Part shown: positions 12,824 to 26,200 of the stretch, piece by piece
Numbering within the stretch: position 1 is the first letter of the stretch
How the letters are laid out: every line of letters starts with the position of its first letter
Source: Balamuthia mandrillaris
Lineage: Eukaryota
Reading direction: 5' to 3'
DNA: 64,000 bases
Assembly (NCBI GenBank): GCA_031835245.2
Contig: JAVKOQ020000001.1
Coordinates: 496,001-560,000, forward strand
The notes under the pieces: model-generated
The model's database searches: none
What the model was told of the DNA's origin: nothing
The model's input: the letters and a program-made list of their open reading frames with translations, nothing else
Translations under genes and position numbers: made by a program

Positions 12824-15800
12824 TTATTGTGATTTTGGTGGGGTTTGCTGCTGCTGTTCGCTCAGTTTTGATGTTACAAGCTGGACCAAAAGCTCAGAGT
12901 AGTTTTCCAGCAATCGCTCATGGCGACGTGCCACTACGCTCTGCTCGTCCTCGTCTTCGTCATCCTCTTGATTTCTCCTCCCACGATGATTGTGTTGATG
13001 ATGGCGTAATCTTTTCTTTCTGTGGTTGTTGTTGTTGATGTCGATGTCTTCCAGTCTTTGCTGCATATTGGCAAACAAGTTGCTAAAGTTTCGATGAAGA
13101 AGAACCGCAGTAGCATGCTCCTCTTTGTCATTCTCGTGTTCGTTCTCTGCTTCTTCCCTGCCCTCTCCCTTTGATGACATTCGTTGTCCCAACTCTTGAT
13201 ATAGTTCCAAACTGATGTCAAAGAGTTGTTCCAAATTATTTAAAGCTTGCTCGTACGTTTGTAACGAGTGATGCAGTCCGTTTTTTTGTTCATCAATCCT
13301 GTCATTTCCCCTTTCTTCTTCCTCCCGTTCAACTTCGTCTCCCATGTCTTCTGCTCTCAACGAAGAAGTTGCCGATGACGTAGTTGGTGTGGAAAAGGGA
13401 CTTGAGTCTCCTACAGACGATGATTGCGTTGGTGCCGACAAAGGCGAAGAAGAAGCGGAGGAAGAGGGCGGTGAGGCAATAAGTCCCATGGTGGCAAGCT
13501 TCTGTCTAGCTTTGGCCACCTCCTCCGCCATTTTTTCCTGCCTGTTCATCTGAACAGGTTTATCACTGGTGGGCAACGAAGATGCAGCCAAACGAAGGGC
13601 GTGTTCAGTAGGGCTGGGCGCCATCTTTTTGCTTGCTGTTGTCCTGCGATTAGCAAAGAGGAACTTGCTGGAAAGACTGAGACGGCCTGGATGAGAAGGA
13701 GAGGGAGGAGTTTCCTCGCCTTTCGTGATACTAACATAACTTTCTTCTTCTTGTCCCTCTGTGTTATTTGGCTGCCCTTCCTCCTCTGGAGTTGAAGTAA
13801 AGTCGAAATGGTCCTTCAAAAAGCGGTTGTGGAGGCTCTCCTCAAAGGCTTCTTCCGAAGTGGCGGCGGTGCTAGCGGTGAGGTCAGTGCTGCTGTTATT
13901 GTGGCTATTGTCCAAGAAGCTGGGTTCTTCCTCCGGTTCGTCTTCATCATCTGCTTGCTGCTGAATCTCCTCGATGACCGTTTCTTTTATGTCGCATTCG
14001 TCATCGCTAATCATTGTGGTTGATTCCGCATTTTCAAAATAATAAATGGTGTCTTCCGTTGATTTCGACAGCGTTGTTGAAACGTCCTCTTCTTCGTCAT
14101 CGTCATCAACTCCTTCTATTCCTTCTTCGCCTTTGGAGGATAACAACAAGGAGGCAGCGCTGGAGGGTTCTATGGTGAATCTTCTTGTGTCAATCTGGAA
14201 GGGATTAACGACCAGGTTTTCTTCTTTGCCAACGTCCGAGAACAGAGTAAAGCCACTTTGGCCAATTCGTTGTGCCCATTTGCCTCGAACGGGACCTTGT
14301 TTGTTAACAGGTGGTGCTAGTGGTAGAGGATCATTCGTTATAGAGATCTCTGCTTTGTCCTCGCCATTTAGCCACGGCGCCAAAGCAGAAGAGGATGGAG
14401 AATGAAGAGGAAGAGAGGAAGCCGCATCGGCAGCTTCATGAGTGACTCGATTAGATGTCGATTGTGTTGGAGCTAATGATGGTTGAGTAGGCAGGTGATC
14501 ATCGGCGAATCGCACCACTGGTTGCTCCTCACCAGCAGTCGGCGCACTTTGACCAACAGGTTGCCTATGAGAGGTGGCTGTAGTCGCTGATGCAGGCCGT
14601 TGTTGAAGAGAGGGAGAATAAAATACTCCGAGTCGCCAGACAAAGATGCAACCATCCCCAGAGACTGTCACCAACCGCAGCTGTCCGTTACTCAGCGGCA
14701 AGAACTTTATACCGGTGAGTACTTCCGAGTGGCCGCTGGGAAGGTCCGCCACGCAGCGTCCTGATGCCCATTCAAAGAGGCGAATGTGTTTGTCGGAGCA
14801 GCTGGCGGCTACAAACGTGCCACTTGGGTCAACCACCGCTTTGATAAAGTCTTGATTGACTTGTGCAGCAGTGGTAGATGCAGGTGTATTGTCAGAAGTT
14901 GAAGAAGAAGAGGACGTAGTAGAGGATGAAGTGAAATAGTTAAGGCCAAAAGAGAAGACGCGTTGATGTTTGCCGGTTGCCACGTCGAACACGCGCAGCC
15001 TTTTGTCCTGCGAAGCCAAGACGTATCGTTGGGAGGGATGGATGTCCATGTCATAGATTGTACCATGGCCATGCGATGCTGTGTGATAGCGAACAACCTC
15101 CAACAAACTCTTCGCGTCGTCAGCAGTGAAAGAGGTTTCAGAAGTTGTTGCACCGGATGCGGGGACTTGCTTCACTGTCCGAAAGATCAAGGATTTGTCG
15201 GCGCTGCCACTGATGAGATAAAGTTGAAATTGTTGGCTCTGTTCTTGATCGAAACCGGCTTCTTCCCTTTCCGTCAAGGGAGCAGAAGCAAGCGCTGGTT
15301 GACAAACAGCAAAGACCAGGGAGGTGATGGAGGAGGAGTGATCGTCTAATGTATGAAGGAGGGGATAATCATTGGAAGATGTGTCCAAAAGGTGGATTAA
15401 TCTATCTCTCCCTGCAGAGGCGAGAAAAGGTCCTATTCTATCGACATCACGATGTTCAGCTTCCAGAGAGGAAGACTTTTCTTCGGTTGGGTTCCCAAAG
15501 AATTGTAATGCTAAGATCTCAGCGTCGTGGGCTTCCTTAAAGAACACTTGCTCAAAGTTATCCAACTCATGAACGCTTTTTACAACAAATTCTCTAATGA
15601 GTAAAGCAAACGAAGAAAAGAAAAGAAAAGGATTACTCACCGAAGATTGCCAAGTCGGTCACCACTTGCTAGATATTTGCCGTTTGGGCTTAATTCAATT
15701 CGACGAACTCCTCCTTCTGCTCTGATACTGTTACTGTCACCGTTGTTTTCTGTTGCGTTTAGAAATAACGATTTAGAGGAGACGATAACTAAAGCATGAA

Positions 15801-17915
15801 AAAAGCAATAAAAGAGGAAGAGGGATCAAACTGTGATATGAAGCAAGGTCAGCCTTCTTTACTGAAGCTATTTCTGATGGATCTTCAGAGACATGGATAA
15901 TGTGCAACAACTCTTTAGCATAGAGATTCTTCTCTTTGGCGCAGGAAGAGGAGCACGACTTCATAAGAGAAGATGCAGATGATGTACGAACATTATCCTC
16001 CAAATTCCAAAAGCGAATGGTATTATCCGCAGCACACGTTATAAATGTTCCTTCAGGAAGACACTGCTCTTTCTCAATAGTGGGGGAAACGTGTTACCAA
16101 AAAAAGTCAAGGAAACTAACATTCGCCAGAAGAGAGAGAGAGAGAGAGAGAGAGATGAAAAGGATATAGCTAGGTCCCAGATGCAAGCGCAATGACACAA
16201 ATAGGAGCGTACTTTCCCCACTTTGTTTGGATTGGAGATGTCCCAAACATAAACACTTCGGTCGCTGTAGACGCATGTTACCCTGGAATTGTCACTAGAT
16301 ATCTCGCAACTCATTACGTCCGGATAAGTGATGCCCTTGGTGCCAGAGGAAGGCGAGGGAGAGATGCTGTGGTAAAAAATGAAGGAATGATTTGTGATCT
16401 TCTCAGTAGAAGTACCAATATTGGGAGGTAAGCATGTACCTTGAACAAACTTCGTTGCCCAAAGCATGAGGACGTGGCAACGTGGCAACCGAGCGTAGAG
16501 TTGTTTGATCAAAAATTCTGTTATGCAGAGAGAGTCGCTAGTATCACCAACATGGATCCAGAGAAGGATAATTGAGTGAGACCGTACCTAACAATACCAT
16601 CGGTACATGCACAAACAATGTAACGATCACTGACCGAAATAGAGAAAGCGGCAGCCGTCTAATCATGAAACGAATTTAGAGATGTCAGAGAGGAGGCAAT
16701 TACACCTCTCTGTTTAAGAAAGCAAGAACTCACCCTTAGATTTACAAACTTCTCCATGGCACGCGAAGACGGGTTGAAGAGGTGAATATTTCCTGCAGTT
16801 GTTATGGCGTAAATATGGCCTCCACGAGAGCCAGCATCGGTGAACGTTGTATCCTTAGCGGTCCCCAACATGGCCATCCTACCTTCCAGCTGGCCTCTCT
16901 TTCCTCCGTCAATCTTGAGGGAACGAATGTTCCATATCTTCAAATGTCTGTAGCCACATGTGACAAAGTAAGTGCCATCTTCTCCAAAACGTACTGCATA
17001 AACCTAGGGTGCAACGTGTGCATCAGTACCGCACAAATGCACGTGCTTTTTTTGTGAAGAGAGAAAGCGAGAAGGAAGCATACTTTGGTGGTTATTTTGT
17101 TGCTAGCAACGGCCTTACGAGTCTTCCAGTCCCAAAGGTGCACAAAACCATCATGCTGAACCCCTACCGAGACGATGGCCTTTGAATCTGGAGAGAAGGC
17201 GAGGCAGGCCACACCGTACTTATGTCCTCTGAGCTCCGCTACCACCTTTGGAAGGGAGGCATTGGTAGGTCCGGGCGATAGATCCCACACGACAACAGCG
17301 GGCTGTCGTCCGCTCTAAAAGGAGTCATAATTAGCAGAAACAAAAGAAAAGAGAAAAAAAGAAATGCTGAAGGGAGAACAAGCGAAGAGAATAATGAATA
17401 TAGAAGCGAGGAACTAGAACGACGAAGAGGATGAGAGACTGGAAGAGAGCAACGAGCAAGAAGAAAAAAGAGGAACAAGACACAGAAGAAGACAGGAGAA
17501 GAAAAAGGAGTTGCGAGGGAAACCTCTCCAACGGCCAAATATTTTCCGTTGCTCGAGTAGCACAAACAAGTGAGGGGCTTGTTGGTGCTACGAGTCAAAA
17601 AGCGCTGCGCATTGGTCTTTGGGTCAACAAGCACAACCAAACAGCCCGCCGCGTAGGCTATCTCGTTGTTGATCGGATTACAAGCGAAACCAGAGTTGTG
17701 GTGCGTTGTGTTGCCGATGACTCTTTCCAGCGATAACGAGATCTTTTTAACGCATGGGTCAATTCAAAAAAAAGGATGAAGATGGAGAAGTTAAAAAAAC
17801 AAAAGGGTTCGGTTAGTACTTTATGTTCGTTGTCTTCTTTGCTCCTTGCGGTGGCGGTAGATCGCCGAGACGACCTCCCCTGCGCAGGTCTCGACGTGGC
17901 GGTAACCGTTGCCAT
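12824..17915 (-). CDS. WD40 protein of the WDR62/MAPKBP1 family, multi-exon
   Basis: [75 protein letters not shown] and [12 protein letters not shown], followed by a long disordered C-terminus with a terminal helical segment. Confidence 0.85.
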
Positions 17916-18285
17916 AGATCAGAGCTTACCTCTTTTTTTCTGTAAAGAGCTCTCTTCTCAAAGTGGCGCCTTTTTTGTTCTTCTTTTGGGGTGGAGTTAA
18001 CAAAAATTGGCGGGAAACCAGCAATCACGTCGTCACGTCTTTTGCGGAAGAGCTGCGGAGGGCGATGACCCCCCGTTTTGTAAATGATGGGTTCCTTCTT
18101 TGGGTGTTTGCTTGTCTAACCGACTCAACCAAAGTAACCTTTACACACATTTGGAGGGGGCAAAGTAAAGACTAAAGTTCTTTTCTGTTCTTTTGTTTTG
18201 GTAGTTTTTTGTTGAGAATGGAATGCAGCAAACAACAAGAGGAGAGGAGGAAGGTAAGGAAACGTGTTTTTCTTTTTTCGTTAGG

Positions 18286-19565
18286 TTACTTGGAAGCAGG
18301 GCGGTACACTCCCACAACAACGGCATGGTCACGCTCGTAGGGCTCCAATGTGATCTGTTCCAAGGGCTTAAAGTTCTCCTGTCGCAGTTTGGTGACCTCT
18401 TTGGCAAAGACGGCTTCAGCGGGGGCAGTGGAGTCGATACAGTTGGCTTTGATGGAGATGATAAAGTGTCCCTCGTTCTTCAAAAAGTGGTGAGCATTGA
18501 TGGCCACGATACGGGCTTGATCGGGCTGGGCGACGTCGGCGAAGATGACGTCCACCATGCCTACCAGCATCCTGTATTTGCCGGGATAACGGGCGTCCTC
18601 AATGATGGGGATGACGTTGGTTCGCTTCTTGGCCACGTTGATCAGGTCACGGCCAGAACGGTGAGAAAACTCCACTGCATAGACTACTCCTTTCTGTAAG
18701 GTTGAAGACGTGATGAGAAAAAAGACGATTCCCTGGAGAGCGAAATGAAAACAGCGTACCGGGCCAACGAGATCAGAAACATGAGAAACGGAGGTGCCAG
18801 AAGCGGCACCGAGGTAGAGCACTTTGGATTCGGGCTTCATGTAAATGTTTTCAACTCCTCCAATAATGGCAGCGGCCAACTTGGACCGGAAAGGATTCCA
18901 TACTCTGTACTCTACTTTGGTTCCATCGGCCATCTGCTCAATGACAAAAATAAAAAATCCATTGTGTTAGTAAAATAATAAAACAAGCAAAAAAAAGGGA
19001 AAGAAAGTACCTCAGATGCAACTCTCTTCTCACCGTAAACAGACTCTCCTTCCACCAAGTTGCGAGTACAGAGAGCGTCCTCCTTTCCTCTGGCGATGAA
19101 CACGCCCTCTAGCCTGTGTTGCTCAATCACTACCTTCTTTCCTCCCTTCATGCCTCCCTTGGCGCCGCCACGGCCACCCCCTCGGCCTCCACGGCCACCA
19201 CGACCGCCGCCGCCTCCTCGGCCGCCGCCTCCTCTGCCGCCGCCTCCTGCGCCTCCACGGCCGCCACGGCCACCTGGGCCGCCAAATCCACTACCACCGC
19301 GTCCGCCTCCGCGACCGCCTCCGCGACCGCCTCCTCTACCACCACCACCACCGCCAAATCCGCCTAGAAAAGATAAATTAGAATCGAGATTATAAGAAAA
19401 AAGAACAAAAGGGGAGTGAGATTTGATATGAGAGAGCGAAAGATATCTCCGATTATTATTATTTATCTTTTTAAAAAAAAACACACACACACAAGAGACG
19501 GAACACAAGGATGCAACAAAAAACGTAGAACACAATGCGAGAAAAAAAAGCGTACCTCTGGGCAT
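18286..19565 (-). CDS. FBL: Fibrillarin, rRNA 2'-O-methyltransferase
   Basis: RGG-rich GAR domain; [45 protein letters not shown] and [13 protein letters not shown]. Confidence 0.97.
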
Positions 19566-19907
19566 TTTGTGTGCAAAGGATACGAAGGGGTTTAAAAAAA
19601 AGGTCGGTGGAGCGGTGCTGCTGCTGCCTGTTCTGGCTGACTGAAAGGGGCAAAAAAAAAAATAAAACCAAAAAGAAAAAAATGCGAAAGGCCGACAATT
19701 GTTGCTGGTGAGGAAGAAAGCAAGAATAGCTCGATCTCCTCCAATCAACAATCAAAAGTAGGAAAATTGATCAGAGTGTATAGAAGATCATTATGGTTTG
19801 TCGACAATAAACACAAATTTTGTGTTTGTGAGAGGAGAACAAGAGGGTGAGGCAGGAGTAAAAGAAAAGAGCGAAAAAACAAATAAAAGTTTTTTGGAGG
19901 ATTAGAG

Positions 19908-20717
19908 ATGTCTCTTTCGCGCGCCGTTCGAGCGAGGTCCTTGCTGTCTTCTCGTGTGCAGCCGCTGCGTGGCGTTGTGGCCACTCACAGCCGCACGCTC
20001 TTTGCTGGTTCCATGGTTCGCTACCCCCTTTTTTATCTTTATATTTTTTTTATCTCTTCGCTGCTACTTTGAACTGTAGTTGTGATGGATATTTTTTTTT
20101 TCACTTTCACTCATCAATTCTCGTTTCTCTCTCCACCTTTTTTTCTCTACGTAAAGAGGGGATATGCTACCTCCTTCCACGAGATTGATCAGGACCTGCT
20201 TCCTCCCTCCAACCCTACCCCGGAGGACTTTGAGGCCATCAAAACTGAGACCATCAGCCCCGAGGAGGAGGCCCTGAGAAAGAAAATCACTCCTGTACGC
20301 AGAAGAAAGCTTTCTTTTGACAACTCTACATTCTTTTTTTAAACGACAAAATCCCCCCAAAATAGGCTCCTATCAAGTTTGTGGGTGCCTCTGGTCGTGC
20401 TGCTGCCCAACTGTTCGAGATGGCCTCCATCAACCAGGAGTTTGATACCGTTGAGGGTGACTTGAAGAAGATTGTTGAGGCTTTGCAGCAGGACGAGGAG
20501 CTTCAAGCCGTCATTGTATCGTGCGCCGCCCCCAGAGAGGACATTGTGGAGTTCACCAAGGGCCTTGTCCCCAGACTCAACCTTAGCGCAACCACCGCCA
20601 AGTGGATCGGTGAATTTCTCTTTGCTCTCATCTTTTCGCCTTCTTTCTCTCTCTCTCTCTCCCTCTCTCTCTCTCTCTCTAATTGTTGTCCTGTTGCTTC
20701 CTTCCCTCTCCCTCTTT

Positions 20718-20762
<45 letters not shown>

Positions 20763-21509
20763 AACTAACCTGTTTTCTCTCCGCTTTACAACAATTAAAA
20801 CAGACCAAATTTTGGAGGACCACGTCTCCCAACATTTGCCCAAGATCTATGGTCACTTCAAACAGCTCCTGTCGGTCCACCGACGTGAGACCCCAGTTAC
20901 CTTCACATTTGCTAAGGTACGATAAAAACAGCACTTAACCGCTTAAGAAACTGGCTTCTTATTCTTTGCCCTTCTCTTCAAACCCAAAAGATCCCCGAGA
21001 AGCAAACCCTGGAGTTCATCGTGGACCGCGTGCTCTCTACCAGAATGCCCCGTGGCGCCCGCCCCTTGCTTAACATCCAAGAGGACCCCAAGCTGCTGGA
21101 CGGCTTCAAGGTGGAGATCGCCGACACCTGGTCTGAGGACTATACCGGTGCTGCCCTTAAGGCCGAGAGTGAGGCCCTGCTGCGCGACGCCTACAACGCC
21201 AATGTGGAGGACGTCCTCAAGAACAAGCCTGAGTTTATGCAGGAGACCAGCCTGGAGGGCTTCTCCGCCCTGACCGCGCCCAACGCGGCCGAGCTCTTCG
21301 GCGCCTATGACCCCGCTTGGTTGCAAGGTAAGCTCAGCATCTCGCCGGTCTCCAGGGAGCAGCGGATCAAGGACTTGGCGGAGAGCATGAAGAGCGTAGC
21401 TGCTGCCGTGCAGTCTAACCGCAACCTGGGCGAGGTTGCCAAGGAATACCACAAGGTCGACTTTTTGTTGAAGCAGATCGTGCTCGCTCAGCAACCGAAC
21501 CAAGCTTAA
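19908..21509 (+). CDS. Mitochondrial ATP synthase OSCP (delta) subunit with extensions
   Basis: Arg/Ser-rich presequence MSLSRAVRARSLLSSR; APIKFVGASGRAAAQLF, FKQLLSVHRRETPVTFTFAK and EDPKLLDGFKVEIAD follow the OSCP pattern; strong C-ending codon bias. Confidence 0.75.
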
Positions 21510-21737
21510 ACAACCAAACAAACACTTCATTTGCGTAGGATGACACCTTTCTTTTTTCTTCTTGAAAACCCCTTTTTTCTTTGTAACAGTTGCAACTGTT
21601 TTTTTTGCTTGGCATGTCATTCTTCCTCTGCTCTGTACTCCTCCCTTCTCTGCTCTCTCGTCTCTCCTCTTTGCTTTCCCCTCAAACAACGTGTTGATTG
21701 TTTACAGTGACAAAGAGAAAAATGAGAAAACACAAAA

Positions 21738-21974
21738 TCAAGAAGAGAGAGACTTGAGACGAGCCTCCAAAGCCTTGTCCTCTTCGCTGATCTCCACTGT
21801 CTCTGTGGCGGTAGGGAGGGAGGTGATGGGAGCGGGCACCATGCCGGCCGTAAGCTCGTCGATCACCTTGTTGACTTCCTCCTCAGCTTCCTCTTCCACC
21901 TCTTCGTCGTCCCACATGTCTTCCACCATCTCTTCTATCATTCCCGCCTTTATAGAAAACAAAGAGAACAACAT

Positions 21975-22015
<41 letters not shown>

Positions 22016-22716
22016 CTGTGTTCGAGAATGACTTGTGCATACCTTCTCCATTTCACGTTGCATGGTTTGGATAGTCTGCATGATGGGTCCGACTTTCACC
22101 AACCTATTCATGGAACCCATCACCTGGGCGCTCTTGGCCAAGCAGCCCGATACCTTCAGCGTTGCTGTTTGTTTGTTTTTATTTTTAGAGTTTGTTGAAA
22201 AAGAAAGAAATGACAAGAAAGAAACAAGGTGGTACAGCAAGTAGAAGATGATGAACGCAACAAGAATTTTTTTTAAAGAAAACCAAAAGAGCAGAATCGC
22301 AAACGTACCAAGTTGTTGGGACAACAACATAGAGACCGAGTTGAGCTCTGCTTTGGACTTGTAAAGCCTTTCCTTTGCTTTGCGTGACTGCACTATTTGT
22401 TTGGCCAGGATCCGAACCACCGAGTATTCTTTCTTTGTTGCTGCCATTTTGATCTCTCTCTTCACTTTTTGTTCTTCCCGTTCAATCTCTTGGAGGGAGG
22501 GAGGGAGAGAGAGAGAAAGGAGAGAGAGAGAGAGAGAGAGACAGAGAGAGAGAGAGAGAAGGAAAAAGATGAATGAGTAATCACAAAAAAAAAAAAAACA
22601 AGGAGAACTAACTCACCTCGAATGGACCGTTCAATGATCCGCTCCTGTCTTTTCAGCTCTCTCTTCCATGTCCTGACCCTCTCCTCAGGGGTGGGCACCT
22701 TCCCAAAGAGAAACAT
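21738..22716 (-). CDS. VPS24: ESCRT-III subunit VPS24/CHMP3
   Basis: PEERVRTWKRELKRQER, RILAKQIVQSRKAKERLYKSKAELNSVSM, KAGMIEEMVED, C-terminal MIM-like LEARLKSLSS. Confidence 0.9.
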
Positions 22717-23237
22717 CGCTGCTCTGCTGCCGTTGGTCTCTCTTCTTCTTTTGTTGTTCGGCTTCTTCTTGCTGCGGGCCTCGAAAAGTTGGAAATTTCC
22801 TCGCTATTTCCATGTCGTCACGATCATCCTTATTTCCATTCGACCAGCCCGAGATCATCGTGCACTTGTCCTGGTAACCAGGTGTCCCATAACCTTGAAC
22901 GGCATGGACTAATTCTTCCCTCTTTCGTAGTTCAACTGCCACACAAACAAAAAAGAAAGAAAGAGAAAAGAAAGAAAGAAAGGACACACTTGACACCGCC
23001 GCACATTTTTTTTTTGAATCTCACCGTTTTATTTTTATTTTTTTTTGTTTTTGTTTTTGTTTTTGTTATAAACGAAAGATTTTTATGCTTTGCATCCTTT
23101 TCCCTTTATATTTTTATTTTTTGCCTTCTTTTTAGTTTTTATTGTATTTTTTTCTTTTTTTTCTTTTCTTTTTTTTTTTTTTGTAACACGATAACAACAA
23201 ACAAAAAGAAGTGGAGCTACGTCAGTGACGACTCGGT

Positions 23238-26200
23238 ATGACACGGCCACCGCTCTATGATGTATTGGTGACGACAGCCGTTGTGCTGGTGCTTTCATCG
23301 TTTGCTCTCGCTGTCACTCCTCAGCCGTCTCTCACTGCAACGAGAGGCGGCACCGGCGGTGCGGAAAGAACTACCCATGTCTACATGATCCCGCACAGCC
23401 ACTGCGACCCCGGTTGGTTGTTAACCTTTGAAGTAAGTGTGCTCTTTTTTTTCTTGGATTAGCACCATGAGCTAACACTTGACTCTCTCTCTCTCTCTCT
23501 TTTCCTAGCAATATCACCAACAACAAGTGGCGACCATTCTGACAAATGTGGTGCAAGCTCTCAATGGCCAGCCTCATAGACGTTTTGTTTGGGCTGAAAT
23601 GTTTGTCTCTTTCTCCCTTTCTTTTATTTATTTTATTTATGTAATTTCTGTTTTGTAGATCTTTTTTCAGTCGTTGGTTTGATGCACAGGAACTCTCTGT
23701 GCAAGCCACCGTTAAGAAGCTGCTACAGAACAAACAGTTTGAATTCGTTGAAGGCATTTATACACTCTTTGCTTTGTTCCTGTGCTTCTTGTTGCTTCTT
23801 GCTTCTTGCTTCTTCTTCTTGCTTCTTGCTTCTTCTTCTTCTTCTTTCTTGTTTTGCTTCGTTCCTGTTTCTTCTTCTTTCTAACTTATTCGAAACTTTA
23901 ACTTGCAAATAAAGGAGGATGGGTACAACCGGACGAGGCCAACACCAACTTCGACGTGCTCATTAATCAGATAACAGAGGGACACGACTACATCCTCAAA
24001 CATTTTGGCGATGGCGCTCGTCCACGGATAGCATGGCAGATAGATCCCTTTGGCCATTCCTCCATGACGCCTACTCTTGCCTCGCTCGTGGGGTTTGACG
24101 CTCTTGTCATTAACCGAATTCACTTTGGCCTCAAGGTATCGTTCTAGTTTCTTTCTCCTTCCAGGCTCTCCTTTCTCTTATCTGTGCTCTGTTTCTTTTT
24201 TTCGTGAACAGGAACGCTTCAAACAAACGAAGCATATGGAGTTTGTGTGGCAGGGCTCTCCCACGCTCGGAAACCACAGCGAAATCTTTACGCACGTGTT
24301 GCACACGCATTACTCTGCGCCTGAGGGCTTTGACTTTGAGAATGTTCGTGTTACCCTTGGACCTAGTAACTTGAAAAGATACGCTGACAAACTCGTTTCA
24401 ATGCTCAAGGTTCTCTCTCTCTCTCTCTCTTTTGTTTATTGCTAACAAAACAAAACAAGGGTCGTAGTCACGCTTATAAAACGAATAATTTGTTGGTGCC
24501 ATTTGGTGATGACTTCAAGTTTCGAAAAGCAGATACACAGTTTAGCAACATGGACATGCTCATCGGTGAGAGCATTTGCCCTTATTTGCTTCTCCTTTAC
24601 CTTTTTGTTCTTCCTTTACTAATTGATATGCACCTTCTGCAATTGTTTTAAAAAACACTAAATAGAATACATCAACGCCCATTCTGATGAGTATAACCTT
24701 GATATTCGCTATGCGACCGTTTCGGAGTATTTTGATGCTGTCCATCAAGAGCAAGCCGCTTTTCCTCTCTACAAAGGGGATTTCTTCCCTTACGCTGATA
24801 ACAAAGATAGCTACTGGACTGTAAGCATTTCCTTTTGTTGTTCATTGTTTTTTATGTAGTTGTCTCTCAGGACATGGACTTCGCTCTCTTTTTCTTTCTT
24901 GTTTTCGCTTAACTGTTTGTTGCTCTCTCTCTCTTACCTTTTTATTCTATGTAGGGCTATTATACTACTCGACCACGATTGAAGAGGTTAACGCGGACGG
25001 CATTCTCTCTGTTGCACTCAGCAGAAAGTGCGTTCGTCTTTGCTCGCTCGGCCTACAATATGTGGCAGAACGAACTTGACAACGATGCCAGACCCCAAAC
25101 TATACTGCCCTGGACCACATATTTCAGAGATCTCTCTCAAGCAAGAAAGGTTAGACTTTGTTTTATCGTTTCTTTTTTCTCTCGTTTGTTGCTTCCTTCC
25201 TTGTCTTTCTTTCTTTTTAAATCCAAAGAGAATACTCAGCTTTGACCCTAAAAAAAAAAAACAGGATACAGCGTTGGTGTTGCATCACGATGGCATCACT
25301 GGAACTGCAAAGAAACATGTAGCCCAAGACTACATTACCCGTTTAGAAGAAGCAGAGAGCCATTCTAAAAAGGTCCTTCTTTTGTCAGTGTATAAGCGTT
25401 ATTCACTGCCCTAACCATCACCTGGTGGATTTTCCCCTTCGTTTATCATTTAGATATTGTTGGATTCAACAAAGTACTTGTTGCAAAAGAGTTCTTCAGA
25501 CGCCTCTCAGCTTCCACCCCTGCAATATAATGTGGATACTCCAATCGCATTTTCAGACAATTACTTTGAGGTTTGAAGCTTTCTTAAATTCTCGCTCTCC
25601 TTTTTGCGCATTTACTAACTAATCCTTCAACCATGCGAAAAAGGAATATCCTGTTGTGGTACATAATTCTTTGGGATGGACCAGGTACCAATATATCAAA
25701 GTGCCTATCAGGACTATCGACATAGCTGCATTACGTGTCTTCGATGCTGATGGTAGAGCTGTTCCGTCTCAGGTAACCTTAATAATCTCCTTTGTTTCAG
25801 TTATCTTACTCTAACGCTTCACTGTTGAATCTCTCTTGAAAAGATCACTCCAGTCGTTGCGTTTGATGGATCAGACAACTCGTTCACTGTTCGATCTGAG
25901 CAGTTCTATCTCAACTTCATGGCGGTGGCCCCTCCATTGGGTTATAGCACCTATTACATTCAAGCTAACTCACCAAGAATGGATGAAACATCACCACCTT
26001 TTGGATATTCTGGATTCTCGGCAGACAGAGGTAACAAACATTTTTAAACTTGTTCAAGAACATATGCTAAGTACTCAATCATTTGTTTGGTTAAAAAAAA
26101 AAACACACATAACGAAAGGCGAAACCTCCATTGAAAATGCGTTTCTAGAAGTCAAGTTCTCTACCACGCCATGGGGCTTGTCATCTATCAGACATAAGAC

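Noticed and set aside
19060..19395. Pro-rich and Ala-rich ORFs
   Set aside because: Antisense or alternate frames of the fibrillarin GAR domain.
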